NCBI GenBank assembly: GCA_965205025.1
Contig: CBDBFU010000009.1
Coordinates: forward strand, 160,001-224,000
DNA: 64,000 nucleotides
Source: Candidatus Poribacteria bacterium
Lineage (GTDB): Bacteria > Poribacteria > WGA-4E > WGA-3G
Reading direction: 5' to 3'
Shown here: positions 19,826 through 30,700 of the stretch, in pieces
Layout: each line of letters opens with the position of its first letter
Position numbering within the stretch: position 1 is the stretch's first letter
Notes under the pieces: generated by a model
The model's database searches: none
Seen by the model: the letters and a program-made list of their open reading frames with translations, nothing else
What the model was told of the DNA's origin: nothing
Made by a program: the position numbers and the translations under genes

Positions 19826-20005
19826 TTACTCTTCTTTATTTTCTCGTTCAAAGTGTTCGGCAATTTTAGATAAACTCTCACTAACCTTTTGTTCGAGTTC
19901 CATAATCATCTTAAGCCGTCCATCGATGCGGTATAATGTACACATGATATTGATGAGAAGTCCGATGATACCGCCAATAAGTATACCAAATGCAACTTCT
20001 ACCAT
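19826..20005 (-). CDS. Small single-TM plus coiled-coil protein, 59 aa
   Basis: Hand-translated MVEVAFGILIGGIIGLLINIMCTLYRIDGRLKMIMELEQKVSESLSKIAEHFERENKEE*; AAGGA upstream; below ORF-track cutoff. Confidence 0.6.
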   Translation of the reverse strand: MVEVAFGILIGGIIGLLINIMCTLYRIDGRLKMIMELEQKVSESLSKIAEHFERENKEE

Positions 20006-20114
20006 GTTCTCAGTTCCTTGTGTTTGTAGTCCTTATTTATTGCTTTATGATATTTTGCTTATGTGGTTGGGGATTGTGGTATACATGCAGCTGCCTGTGG
20101 CGAAGTGTTATTTT

Positions 20115-21974
20115 TTACTTCATTAACCACATTTTTCGCATGGTCTGTGTATTCCCTGCTTCAAACTGATAGAAATAGATCCCGCTGGCAACACCTTCTC
20201 CATCCTTATTTTTTCCATCCCAATATAGGGTTTTATCACCTGGTGTCTGTTTACCGAGATTAAATTGCCTGATTAATTTTCCTGAAGGTGAAAAGATTGA
20301 GATGTTTACACCTATTGATTCTGTTAATTTGTATGGAATCCATGTTTCTGGGTTGAATGGGTTTGGATAATTTTGAAAAACCTCTGCGGTTTTTACTTTT
20401 CCCCAAGTAACAGGTTGTTTTCCTTTCGGTTCAACAGCAACCATTAGTTGTTGTGCTTCACCTTCTGTAAAAATAATAACCGAAATATTACTGGGACTCC
20501 ACGTCCTACCATACGTATCTACGATACCAGACGGCCATTTCACAGTTATAGAATCTATTCTATTCGCTTTTGCCAGACCAAATTCCATTTCTAAACTATC
20601 ACTACCTAAGAAACCTGTACCACAAACTAATTCTTGGGTTTGAATGTGTTCGGCTATTTTTAGTTCTACACGCGCACCTATTCCATCACGGTTGCTTTCA
20701 GTGCCACGGAGTCTTACTTTTATACGGTTATTGCTTGGATTCACATTGTTCTTGAGTAAAGTGTTCCCTGTATTATTAACAATATAAAAATCCACATCCC
20801 CGTCGTTATCAAAATCCCCTGCAGTGGCACCGCGTGCTACAGCATCAACCCCGAGATTATAGACTTCTGCCTTATCAACAAACTGCCCCTGATGATTCTC
20901 ATATAGACGATTCATGTTTGTTTTTTGGGACTTATCCACATCTCCGTTGACCACATACAAATCACTGTCCCCATCCAAGTCAATATCAACAAAACTGGCA
21001 TACCAACCGACACCTTCATTGGCAACACCGACTTCTTCAGCGACGTTTGAGAATGTGCCATCACCATTGTTTCGCCAAAGTAGATCCTCATCGTAATTTG
21101 TAACAAATAGATCAAGGTCTTTATCGTTATCATAGTCCCCAACACAAAGTCCCATCGCACCTGTAGGTTTTCCTCTAATCTGTGTTACAATACCAGATTC
21201 ATTCGATACATCCTCGAATGTCCCATTACCTTTGTTTCGATAGAGTTTATCGGGACCGTGATCATTTGCTACAAATAAATCAGCCCATGTATCATTATCA
21301 TAATCAAAGAAGATTGCTCCCCAAGCAATACCTTCATCTGCAACACCAGCAGCTTTTGCCACCTCTTCAAATGTACCATCCCCAAGGTTTCTGTATAAAC
21401 GGTTGATTCTTGGTGCGGGGTCAAAGACTAAGAGTGATGCTGGACGTCCCCAGTTTGCTACATAAATATCTAACCATCCATCGTGGTCATAATCAGCGAC
21501 AGCAATACTTGTCCCATGAAGATCATCAGCAACTCCCGCTTGTTCACTGACATCAGTAAATGTACAATCTCCATTGTTTGCAAAAAGAAAGTTTGGACCA
21601 TCACAGGTCACGTACAAATCCCGCCAACCGTCATTGTCATAGTCAAACCAAACGCATCCTCTTGCTTTAGGCGTGTTTGCAATACCTGCACTTTCAGCGA
21701 TCTCTTGAAAAGTGTCATCCCCGTTATTATGATATAGAGCATTAGGGAGACCTCCATCACCAATAACAAAGATATCCATCCAACAGGTATCGTTATCAAA
21801 ATCTACAGCGGCAGTTCCGGGACCTAACCAAGCCCCGGAATCTGGGTCAACTGCTGAATCACGTTGCGTAACACCTGCTACATTACTAACATCAACAAAC
21901 GGTGCTGCAAATAGTGGTGATACGACTATAAGACTGATTAGAATAATCAAACTGTGTCGCATAGATAATACCAT
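20115..21974 (-). CDS. Secreted FG-GAP/CRTAC1 (ASPIC-UnbV) protein with C-terminal FlgD-Ig/T9SS-like domain
   Basis: Repeated DYDNDG-xD-Y/F-V; SNRDGIGARV; VEPKGKQPVTWGKVK; QNYPNPFNPETWIPY, WDGKN..GE-VASGIYFY. Confidence 0.9.
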   Translation of the reverse strand: MVLSMRHSLIILISLIVVSPLFAAPFVDVSNVAGVTQRDSAVDPDSGAWLGPGTAAVDFDNDTCWMDIFVIGDGGLPNALYHNNGDDTFQEIAESAGIANTPKARGCVWFDYDNDGWRDLYVTCDGPNFLFANNGDCTFTDVSEQAGVADDLHGTSIAVADYDHDGWLDIYVANWGRPASLLVFDPAPRINRLYRNLGDGTFEEVAKAAGVADEGIAWGAIFFDYDNDTWADLFVANDHGPDKLYRNKGNGTFEDVSNESGIVTQIRGKPTGAMGLCVGDYDNDKDLDLFVTNYDEDLLWRNNGDGTFSNVAEEVGVANEGVGWYASFVDIDLDGDSDLYVVNGDVDKSQKTNMNRLYENHQGQFVDKAEVYNLGVDAVARGATAGDFDNDGDVDFYIVNNTGNTLLKNNVNPSNNRIKVRLRGTESNRDGIGARVELKIAEHIQTQELVCGTGFLGSDSLEMEFGLAKANRIDSITVKWPSGIVDTYGRTWSPSNISVIIFTEGEAQQLMVAVEPKGKQPVTWGKVKTAEVFQNYPNPFNPETWIPYKLTESIGVNISIFSPSGKLIRQFNLGKQTPGDKTLYWDGKNKDGEGVASGIYFYQFEAGNTQTMRKMWLMK

Positions 21975-21976
21975 CC

Positions 21977-22788
21977 TTAAAATTGTCTCTTGACGTCTCC
22001 CCAGGTAGTAGTTGCTTTTCCACCCGGTTCAACAGGGAACGGGTTCAAATTATCTCTGAAATATTCGTACTCAACTTCCAGCTTACCAGGCACCTGCAGC
22101 AACCCCAGCATATATACCAAGCCATAAAGGTGGTGTGAGTTTAAAATTCTGTTACACCGATTTCCTTCCAATCGGCTTTATCTTCAGTTTTATACCATGC
22201 GGTATACTGATCCTTGTCTTTCTTTAGTCTCAGAAATAATTCAGTATCACCAAATTCTGGTACAAATCCTGCATTACCTGTCAAGCCACCACCACCTTCA
22301 TTCTGTTTTGTCTGATATTGGATTTGCCCTTTTGCTCCAGCATCGCGAGACCAGAATTTTATAGTTACCCAATTGTCATCTGTTGGACTTTTTATTAGAA
22401 GACCGTTGACACCTGAACTTGTATCCCATTTTGCAAAAAAATGTGTTTCTACATCAAACATGTCTGTCTCGGTTTCCTGATAGAGAAAATGCGATGCGTC
22501 TCCTGCCCATAGATTTCGATTCGGTTCACTATTAATGTAAAGATAACCTTCACGGGTTTTACCAACATCCCAATTGGGTGGTTCATTCTGCCATTTCCAA
22601 TTACCATTCTGTAATTTCGCACCATCAAATGGATCTCCAAACGAATCAGCAGCTTCAACGTCAATTACGCCGATTGACAATGATGTGAAGATACAGACGA
22701 TTATACATGAAAGAACTAACTTCCAATTATTCAATTGTTGCTTTTGTAAAAAAGTTATTAAAGAAATTGTTTTCATATTTACCTCCAC
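21977..22788 (-). CDS. Secreted concanavalin-like/DUF1349-type beta-sandwich protein, two +1 frameshifts near 22143 and 22090
   Basis: DPFDG-KL...W-W-NEP; corrected reading FKLTPPLWLGIYAGVAAGAGKLEVEY...PVEPGGKATTTWGDVKRQF. Confidence 0.7.
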
Positions 22789-23194
22789 TTAAAATTCTAA
22801 ATTCTAATTTGTTGAATGTCAAGAGGAATTGTAATAGAAATACACTATATTCACGACTTGTGCCTGTTGAGTGATAGTTTTTTGTTGTTTTCACGGAATT
22901 GGGTTTTGTACTATAAACATTCCGTCCCTATGGGACTCAGTCTCTTGATTTGAAGTTCCAGAATTAATAGAAAATCTTGCAGACAATAACCTTCCTTCTC
23001 CCCGTAATCCGTGATTCAAAAAAATCCAAACAAACCGAAAAATATACTAATCACACTAAATTGAAGCCTATATTGCGGTTTCTAACCCTACTGGATGTTC
23101 GTACTGAATTCCATTTCTTTAACTATCTTTTAATCAACCGGTGAAGTCCAAGGATTCTGAGATACGCTCTATAGTCATGCGAATGTAGTATGTA

Positions 23195-24862
23195 CTAATT
23201 TTCAACAATTTGGATTAACCGATTTGTAGATACATTTTCAAGATGTTGTACATTTCCACCTAACCATTGAATCTCAATTGAGTTCACAGTTTCAGTTGAT
23301 CCAAGACCAAAGTGAAGTGTATAGTCATTACCAGATGCGTAGCTGCCACCTGATGTAATTTCTCTTAAGTATATTGTTTTATTAGTCTTTAAATACACCT
23401 TCGTTCCAATCGCATTTCTGTTACCCGTAGTACCCGTTAATTGAATTTTCAACCATCTATTCTCTGTTTTTGAGTCGTTTCTAAGAAGTACTGGAGTTCC
23501 ACCACAACAGGAAATCAGAATATCTATATCTCCATCGTTATCATAATCCCCACTGGCTGTGCCTCTTGCGACTACAGGACGCTTAAAGAATGTTCCTGCG
23601 GAGCTTGTTATATCTTTATATTGTCCTTTTCCATCGTTAAGAAACAACTGACATGTCTGTTTGTATGATAGGGTGGGTGTGATCTGTGTGACGTTATCCC
23701 ATACATGTCCATTCGCAACCAATAGATCCAAAGTTCCATTATTATCAACATCTAAAAACTGAGTACCGAATCCAAGTCTTGAAAAACTGGGTTCAGCAAG
23801 TCCTGCTTCAAAGGTTGTCATTGTATAGAAACCATCACCATCATTATGAAACAAACTATTAACCTCTAAAGAAAAGTTCGTTACAAATAAATCCAATGCT
23901 CCATCGTTATCATAATCTCCATTTGCAATACCCATACTTGCTGTTGCACGTCCCTCAGAGTTATACGCAATCCCAGCGGCAAGAGCAACATCGGTGAATG
24001 TTCCATCCCTGTTATTGCGATATAAGAAATCCTCGACTGCATCGTTTGCGACAAAGATATCAGGATAACCGTCGTTGTTGTAATCGGTAAATAATACCCC
24101 TAAACCTTTTCCAGAGTTCATCACACCTGAACGTGCAGTTACATCTGTGAATGTGCCATCTCCGTTATTACGGTAGAGAGTGTCTGGGGCTCCAGGATAT
24201 TCATGGGGTCCACAGTAAATATGAACCCCTTCCAACGAACATGGATGTGCCGTCTCAATATTATAATCAAGATAATTTGCCACATATAAATCAAGAAATC
24301 CATCAAGATTATAATCTCCAAAAGATGCACTCACACTCCAGTGAGCGTTTGCTACACCTGCTTTGGCAGTTACATCTGTAAACGTGCCATCGCCGTTATT
24401 TCGATAGAGTTGATTCATACCAAAGTTGGTTAGATAAAGATCCTGGTCTCCATCGTTGTCATAATCTGCGGAGATACAACCCATACCAAATCCAGAATTT
24501 TTATCCATTCCAACCTTTAGGGTGACGTCAGAAAATGTGCCATTTCCATTATTACGATAGAGTCTGTTGATTTCATTTAATTTGATACGGGGTTCGTTGA
24601 TATTGGCACATGAAGTTCCACTATTTACAAGATATATATCAAGAAATCCATCATTGTCATAATCGAAGAATAAACATCCTGAACCCATTGTCTCTGGAAG
24701 TAATCTTTCTTGCGACATACCGTTCAGATGCTTGAAGTCAATACCTGCAGTATTTGTCTGTTCAGTATAAATAAGGTTATTTTGTTGGGCGAGTATAGGG
24801 GGAATGAATAAAAATAAAACAGAGAAATTTAGACTGTGAAGAATATGTAATTTCTTCCACAT
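23195..24862 (-). CDS. CRTAC1-family FG-GAP repeat protein
   Basis: ETMGSG, repeated DYDNDG-xD-Y, ASPIC/UnbV C-terminus (NRNAIG..GGSYAS..LHFGLG). Confidence 0.92.
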   Translation of the reverse strand: MWKKLHILHSLNFSVLFLFIPPILAQQNNLIYTEQTNTAGIDFKHLNGMSQERLLPETMGSGCLFFDYDNDGFLDIYLVNSGTSCANINEPRIKLNEINRLYRNNGNGTFSDVTLKVGMDKNSGFGMGCISADYDNDGDQDLYLTNFGMNQLYRNNGDGTFTDVTAKAGVANAHWSVSASFGDYNLDGFLDLYVANYLDYNIETAHPCSLEGVHIYCGPHEYPGAPDTLYRNNGDGTFTDVTARSGVMNSGKGLGVLFTDYNNDGYPDIFVANDAVEDFLYRNNRDGTFTDVALAAGIAYNSEGRATASMGIANGDYDNDGALDLFVTNFSLEVNSLFHNDGDGFYTMTTFEAGLAEPSFSRLGFGTQFLDVDNNGTLDLLVANGHVWDNVTQITPTLSYKQTCQLFLNDGKGQYKDITSSAGTFFKRPVVARGTASGDYDNDGDIDILISCCGGTPVLLRNDSKTENRWLKIQLTGTTGNRNAIGTKVYLKTNKTIYLREITSGGSYASGNDYTLHFGLGSTETVNSIEIQWLGGNVQHLENVSTNRLIQIVEN

Positions 24863-24879
24863 ATTTTATAGAATATGAA

Positions 24880-27183
24880 TTATGGGATATCAGATTGTTG
24901 ATTATCAATTAATTTGGTAAGTATGTCTAACTGTTGCCTGACATGGGGGACGATGCTGTTGTCAGGATAGGATGCAAGAAGGATGGTATATGTTTCTGCA
25001 GCATTTGTAAAATCTTTCTTTTCTTCGTAAATACTTGCAATTTGTGAGAGTGCTTCGACTGCTAATGAAGCTTTCTGAGAGACGACTTGTCGATATGAAT
25101 GTAAAGCATCTCCATAGGCTTTTTGAGAGCGATGTATCTTACCGAGTAGCATCCATAGGTCATCAACAATCAAAGCTTTTGGATGAAGTGAAATAGTATC
25201 TTCACATTGTGTAATAGCTGCCTCTATATTTCCAGATAAAAAGAGTTGGAGTGCGTGAGTATAATCCGTCAATGGAAGTGTGAGAAAATCTTTGTTATCT
25301 TGAATCAGAACGATTTTATCCAGAGCATCATTTGTGAGATTATCATACTTTGAGATCTGAATTAGTTTTTGATATTCCTTGATAGCAGTATCATATTCAT
25401 TTCCAAAAAAGTATGAATCAGCAATGAGTTTACGTGCATGTGCATTTGATTTACTGAAATTGTTTGCGATTGGGGTCAATAACTGTCTGGCAAGTATGTA
25501 TTGTTTCTGAAGTATATAACATTCCGCTAAGATTAGTTGTATTTCTATATATCTATCGGATTCTAACTGCTTTTTTAGTAATTGCAGAACAGTCATTTGA
25601 GCAGCCTTAGGATTATATTGTCCGTGTAATTGTATGTAGGATAATAGTAGTTGACTGTCTGTTGTAGATGAGTTATTTTTCTGAAGTTTTAGTAATTGAT
25701 CTGCAGCTTCGTTCCACATCTTTTCTTTCTGATATAGTTTTGCAAGTTTCAATCTGGAGCTTGAAATCTGTCTTATATCCCGAGAATGCTTGATAAGTGT
25801 TTTGTAAAATTCAATTGCATAAGGATTATGATTACGTTCTAAGATTCTTGCAAATCTAACCATAGTTGTATCCATGGATGTAGTATAAGTTGAATACAGT
25901 TTTATGAAAATCTCCAATGCTGCGTCTAATTGTTTTGCATAAAATAGTAGTTCTCCTAAGGTAAGGGCGGAACTAATGTTCTTTGGATTTCTATTATATG
26001 CAGCATGAAGTTTAGAAATTAGTTTATTTTGTAATGGTTTTTGTCTTTCTCCTACATATATATCTACCATAGCACCCCATATTGCTTCACGGTGACTTAT
26101 ACTCATACCGACATTTAGTAAACCATCAATATAGATTTCTGCAGCTTCATCTATTTTTGCTTGGATTTTATAGACTGAAGCCAACTGTGTATAAAGGTAC
26201 CCGTAATTACGATTTGATGCAATTGCTTTCCGATATGAATCAATCGCTTCGTCAAAGAGTTTGTTAGAGAGGAAAATTGAACCCATCTGTTGATCTTTAT
26301 CAATCTGTCCTTCAACAATCTTTTCCCATTCGATAATTGCCTGTTTTTTGTTTCCAAGTTCAAGGTACAGAGTTCCGAGTTTTCGTCGTATAGATGTGCT
26401 GGTAGGATTTTTATCAAGGATACTAATATATAGGTCAAGTGCTTTCTGATGGTGTTCCTGCTGCCGATATATAGATGCCAATTCCTCTATGAGTGTTGTA
26501 TCTGTAGGATTTAGTTCTAAACGTTTTTTAATCAGTTTTTCTGCTTCATCAAAACGTTCATTTTCTGTATATAATCTAACAAGATTACTCACCCCAGATG
26601 ATCGATATATTGAGTCTGGGTATGTATCTAAAAAGAACTTGTACCCTTCCATAGCTTTATCCGGCTTCCCTTCAACATAGAAATAGTATGCTGTTAGGTA
26701 GGCAGCAATTGAACCTGCAGATGTATTTGGATGTTGTTTTAGGATCTGTTGGGATTGAAGGAGTGCTTCGTTGTATTGATATCTTTGACTAAATAGGTAA
26801 ATTAATTGATGTACCGCCTGAGAAGCATAAGATCCATTCGGATTCTCATTGATCATCTTTATGAAAATACTACGTGCGTCTGCATCTTCTCCCAATTTAG
26901 CATGACTCTGACCAAGCATGAGCTGCATTGAATCTCTTTGGCTTTGTGTAATATCTGTTTTAAGTAGTGTTTTATACGCATTTATTGCTTCTCTATAACT
27001 ACGGTCATAGTATAAATCGTTAGCATCTTGTATAGCATTGATAGTCTTAACTCTTGCCGCTTGATCAATGTTGGATTGATTTTGTGCAGATACGATATTA
27101 CATAGACTAATACCTACAAAGATTAGAACGGTTATAGTAAGAACAGAAAGACCACTTCGAGAATTAAAAACCATATATTTCAT
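24880..27183 (-). CDS. Secreted tetratricopeptide-repeat protein
   Basis: Signal peptide, many TPR-like helical repeats (A..Y..ll..yP.s). Confidence 0.88.
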   Translation of the reverse strand: MKYMVFNSRSGLSVLTITVLIFVGISLCNIVSAQNQSNIDQAARVKTINAIQDANDLYYDRSYREAINAYKTLLKTDITQSQRDSMQLMLGQSHAKLGEDADARSIFIKMINENPNGSYASQAVHQLIYLFSQRYQYNEALLQSQQILKQHPNTSAGSIAAYLTAYYFYVEGKPDKAMEGYKFFLDTYPDSIYRSSGVSNLVRLYTENERFDEAEKLIKKRLELNPTDTTLIEELASIYRQQEHHQKALDLYISILDKNPTSTSIRRKLGTLYLELGNKKQAIIEWEKIVEGQIDKDQQMGSIFLSNKLFDEAIDSYRKAIASNRNYGYLYTQLASVYKIQAKIDEAAEIYIDGLLNVGMSISHREAIWGAMVDIYVGERQKPLQNKLISKLHAAYNRNPKNISSALTLGELLFYAKQLDAALEIFIKLYSTYTTSMDTTMVRFARILERNHNPYAIEFYKTLIKHSRDIRQISSSRLKLAKLYQKEKMWNEAADQLLKLQKNNSSTTDSQLLLSYIQLHGQYNPKAAQMTVLQLLKKQLESDRYIEIQLILAECYILQKQYILARQLLTPIANNFSKSNAHARKLIADSYFFGNEYDTAIKEYQKLIQISKYDNLTNDALDKIVLIQDNKDFLTLPLTDYTHALQLFLSGNIEAAITQCEDTISLHPKALIVDDLWMLLGKIHRSQKAYGDALHSYRQVVSQKASLAVEALSQIASIYEEKKDFTNAAETYTILLASYPDNSIVPHVRQQLDILTKLIDNQQSDIP

Positions 27184-27200
27184 ATTTTTGAATCCTTACT

Positions 27201-28376
27201 TTAATTACTACCTATCAATGCAATTCCAGATGTTAATGCCATTCCGTAAATCATACAGTTTTCATCTATGTCAAACTGTGGGTGATGACACATATTTACT
27301 ATCCCTTTCTCTTCATTTCGTGCTCCAACCAGTATAAAACATGCTGGTATTTCTTGTGAATAACATGCAAAATCTTCACCTCCGAGTATAGGTAAGATTG
27401 GGTAATTTACGTTCTCTTCACCTACTATCATCTCGCCAACCTTAACTGCAGTATCTACACACGGTTCGTGGTTGTAGGTCACAGGACACCCTTCTTTGTA
27501 TGTAAAGGAATAGGTAGCATCGTTGGATTTTGTGATTCCGGTTAGTATTTTCTCAATTTGAGTTCTTATTGCCAATTGGACATCTTTGTCAAGAGTACGT
27601 ACAGTTCCACCAATTTCTACATTTGGTGGAATAACATTTTTTGTGTCTCCTCCATGAAACTCTGTAATGCTAACTACAGCAGAATCTAATGGGTTAGTGT
27701 TTCGTGACACAATTGATTGTGTTGCATTCACAAATTGTGTTCCGAGAATAATTGGATCAACGGTAAGATGTGGAAATGCTGCATGTCCTCCTCTACCGGT
27801 AATAGTAATTTCAAATGTATCAGATTGTGCCAGCATAGGTCCATTGCAAGTTGCATATTCACCTACCGGGTATAGTGGAAACACATGTAAACCATATATT
27901 TCATCAACACCATCCAATACACCATCTTCAATCATTGCTTCTGCACCCCCAGGAAATGCTTCTTCGCAGGGTTGAAAGATAAATCTTACGTTGGTCTTAA
28001 GTTCGTATTTGAAATGAGATAATATCCTCGCTGTCCCAATGAGCATTGCCGTATGTGCATCGTGTCCACATAGGTGTGCCTTTCCCTCAATTATTGATTT
28101 AAATGGTACATCTGTCAGTTCCTGTATAGGAAGTGCGTCCATATCTGCCCGTAAACCTATCCGCTTAGTCGCATTAGGTACATCAAGATCACCTATAACC
28201 CCGGTTTTTCCAATACCAGTTTTTACTTTAATACCGAGGTCATTAAGAGCATTGGCAGCGATACCCGCTGTGCGTTCAACATCGAACCTAATTTCAGGAT
28301 GCTGATGGATATCACGACGAATCTTGACAATATCCTTAAAATGAGAACGACACTGATTTAATATTTCTGTTTTCAT
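27201..28376 (-). CDS. M20D amidohydrolase
   Basis: RRDIHQHPE, RADMDALP, HLCGHDAH, FQPCEE, GRGGHAA, EDFA. Confidence 0.93.
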   Translation of the reverse strand: MKTEILNQCRSHFKDIVKIRRDIHQHPEIRFDVERTAGIAANALNDLGIKVKTGIGKTGVIGDLDVPNATKRIGLRADMDALPIQELTDVPFKSIIEGKAHLCGHDAHTAMLIGTARILSHFKYELKTNVRFIFQPCEEAFPGGAEAMIEDGVLDGVDEIYGLHVFPLYPVGEYATCNGPMLAQSDTFEITITGRGGHAAFPHLTVDPIILGTQFVNATQSIVSRNTNPLDSAVVSITEFHGGDTKNVIPPNVEIGGTVRTLDKDVQLAIRTQIEKILTGITKSNDATYSFTYKEGCPVTYNHEPCVDTAVKVGEMIVGEENVNYPILPILGGEDFACYSQEIPACFILVGARNEEKGIVNMCHHPQFDIDENCMIYGMALTSGIALIGSN

Positions 28377-28402
28377 AGTAATCTTTGTGGATATAGTATA
28401 TT

Positions 28403-29990
28403 CTATTGGTAGGTAAGTGTTCTTCTGAGAATACTCTTGTGACCTCGATCATTTTCAAGACGATAAATAACAGTATAAATACCCGGAATAGTTTGAAACT
28501 CTTGACTATCCAGGATTGGTGTGAACTCTATTTCTCCAATATCGTTATCAGTAATTTCTCTGTTCTCAGTAATTGGTCCGTAACATCTTTCTCCTAAAGG
28601 ATTAAGTATTTTCCAAGTTAATTTCATCCGTTTGGGTCGTGGTGGATTATTGACATATACAGTGATTCTATCCCCTAAGGTATAATCATTAATATCCAAT
28701 GTTTCCCAATTTAGATAACATCTTTTCTGTTAGGGTCATTGGAGGAACATATTCAAGATAACCTTTTCCAGGAATTCCCCTCCATTTCCCTCCTGTAGCC
28801 AACGCAATCTGTTTTATTGGGAGGTAATCCAGTCCGATCACTTCAACACGAATCTGTTCCCTTTGAAGAGATTCAATTACTTCATCCAAACTATAGGAAG
28901 ATCTACCATCGTAATCTGCATCGTGAAATGCAGCATCGCTTGCAAGTATAAAGAAACGTTGTGAGTTATTCCGAAATTCAATCTCTTTTATTGCAGTCAT
29001 GAGAGCATCTAAACCTGCTTCTGATATATCACCACCATGGTCAACATTAATTTTAAAAAGCCAGTTTTTGAAGGTCCCAATGTCATTGGTTTGTCCATAT
29101 ATCTTGGTTTTGTCAGTAAATGTAACTAATCCGAATGATACATCATGTCCATTTCTTTGCAAAGTATCAAAAATAAACTCAAAATATGCACGTATGCCGC
29201 GTATATTGTCAACCATACTTGCCGTCTCATCAAGAATAAATACTATATCTATCTTTTCTGTGGTGGTTGCTGCTAACAGATCTTGACCAATTTCTTTCAT
29301 CATTTTAATATAAATTCCACCACTGTTATCGGTCCGTGTAGTAGAACCACCACCCCATGAGTTCCCCATCCCTGTAGCACGTAATGCATCACCGCGTCGA
29401 CTTCCGTAGTGAACTTTTGGTGTTCCGACAGTTAGTGATAGGTCATTTAGGCTATTGTCTGTTTGTAAGGAAATATTCTGTGTCTCTCCTTGTATGATAT
29501 CATTGGTCGACGTTTTCTGGGTTAGATGAGAAAATGGCCTCTGATTTATAGGTCTGACTGTGGAATGGATTTTTGTTTGATTTGGTAGGTTATAATTGTT
29601 GTGTTGAGAATCATTCTCTGAATTTGTTATATCGGAGTCTTGTAAACTTCTTAACTTCTCTTTTCGATGAATTCCAGTGGATGTGATAACCGGATCATTT
29701 AAAACTTGCCAATCTGCATTAAGATTGACAGTAGGTTTAGGAACAGAAGGTGTGTTATCTGAAATATCGTCGTCAGAAGAGGTGAGTTCAGTAGGTGGAA
29801 GGGGACTAACGGGTTCAGGTGGTTTCACAATTGTTGGTCGAGGAATTGTATATATTTCAACGATGAATTGGTCTTCAAATTGATTATCTGTAGAATCCTC
29901 TTGTATGAACTGTACCCATAATACAAGTAAGAAAAAATGGATTAAAATAGAATAAAAATAATAGGGTAACCTAATTCTTTTTTCTTTCAT
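28403..29990 (-). CDS. Membrane-anchored vWA-domain protein with Pro-rich linker, frameshifted near 28703
   Basis: TonB-like anchor SILIH; MIDAS-like DETASM, GGD-SE, SDA; removing one A gives KLGTLDINDY and joins ORF 28403-28699. Confidence 0.75.
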
Positions 29991-30038
29991 AATCCTACCA
30001 TTAATTTGAAAAAGATGTGAATTTCTGTTTATAACAAC

Positions 30039-30386
30039 TTATGTGTCAGTCGAAAAAATACATACTTCTAACACACGCAAGACATTATCCAGTAACCAAG
30101 CTGGTGATTTTTCAAGGAACTGAACTTGACGGCTATCATAATCCACAGATTTTATCTGTTCTACCATAATATAACCAGTAAGTGATGATTCAGATGGTAT
30201 ATTGACATGGAATGGTAAGTTCCTAAATGTATTTGTAATTGGGCAGACCATTGCTAATCTTGTACTTATGTTGAATTTTGTATTGCTAATAACTAACGCT
30301 GGTCGTCTTCCCCATTGTTCATGTCCTGATTGTGGATTAAAAGAAAGACGGACAAAATCACCCTTGTGGGGTATGTAACTTGACAT
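30039..30386 (-). CDS. mazF: MazF/PemK-family toxin
   Basis: YIP-KGD, FNPQSGHEQ-GRRPALVIS, CPIT, EQIKSVD. Confidence 0.92.
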   Translation of the reverse strand: MSSYIPHKGDFVRLSFNPQSGHEQWGRRPALVISNTKFNISTRLAMVCPITNTFRNLPFHVNIPSESSLTGYIMVEQIKSVDYDSRQVQFLEKSPAWLLDNVLRVLEVCIFSTDT

Positions 30387-30635
30387 CTACCATTCCTCAT
30401 TTCCTACAGGTTTACCCCATTCTAATTCTTCTGGCTTATAGTCGTCAGGAATTTGATCAATTAATGATTGAAGTTCAACTCGTTTCTGTGCTTGAGTAGA
30501 TGTTTCTATTATTATTCTACCATTCAGAATAGTAATAATTACATCCTCACCCAAATTTATATGTGCTACTTCCAACATTTTCTTAGTTAGATTGATTCCA
30601 TCATTAGATTCTGACCCTTGAATTTTGATCAACAT
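30387..30635 (-). CDS. mazE: MazE/AbrB-family antitoxin
   Basis: Abuts toxin; C-terminal L--LI--IP-DY...WGKPVG-EEW. Confidence 0.85.
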   Translation of the reverse strand: MLIKIQGSESNDGINLTKKMLEVAHINLGEDVIITILNGRIIIETSTQAQKRVELQSLIDQIPDDYKPEELEWGKPVGNEEW

Positions 30636-30700
30636 TTCTATTTTCCTTATTCGTGTATTAAAATGAGCAGTATTATGTTAAATCAAGAATAAAATGACAT

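Noticed and set aside
30039-30635. MazEF pair or solo HicB as a novel defence system
   Set aside because: Ordinary type II TA components with no associated unknown genes
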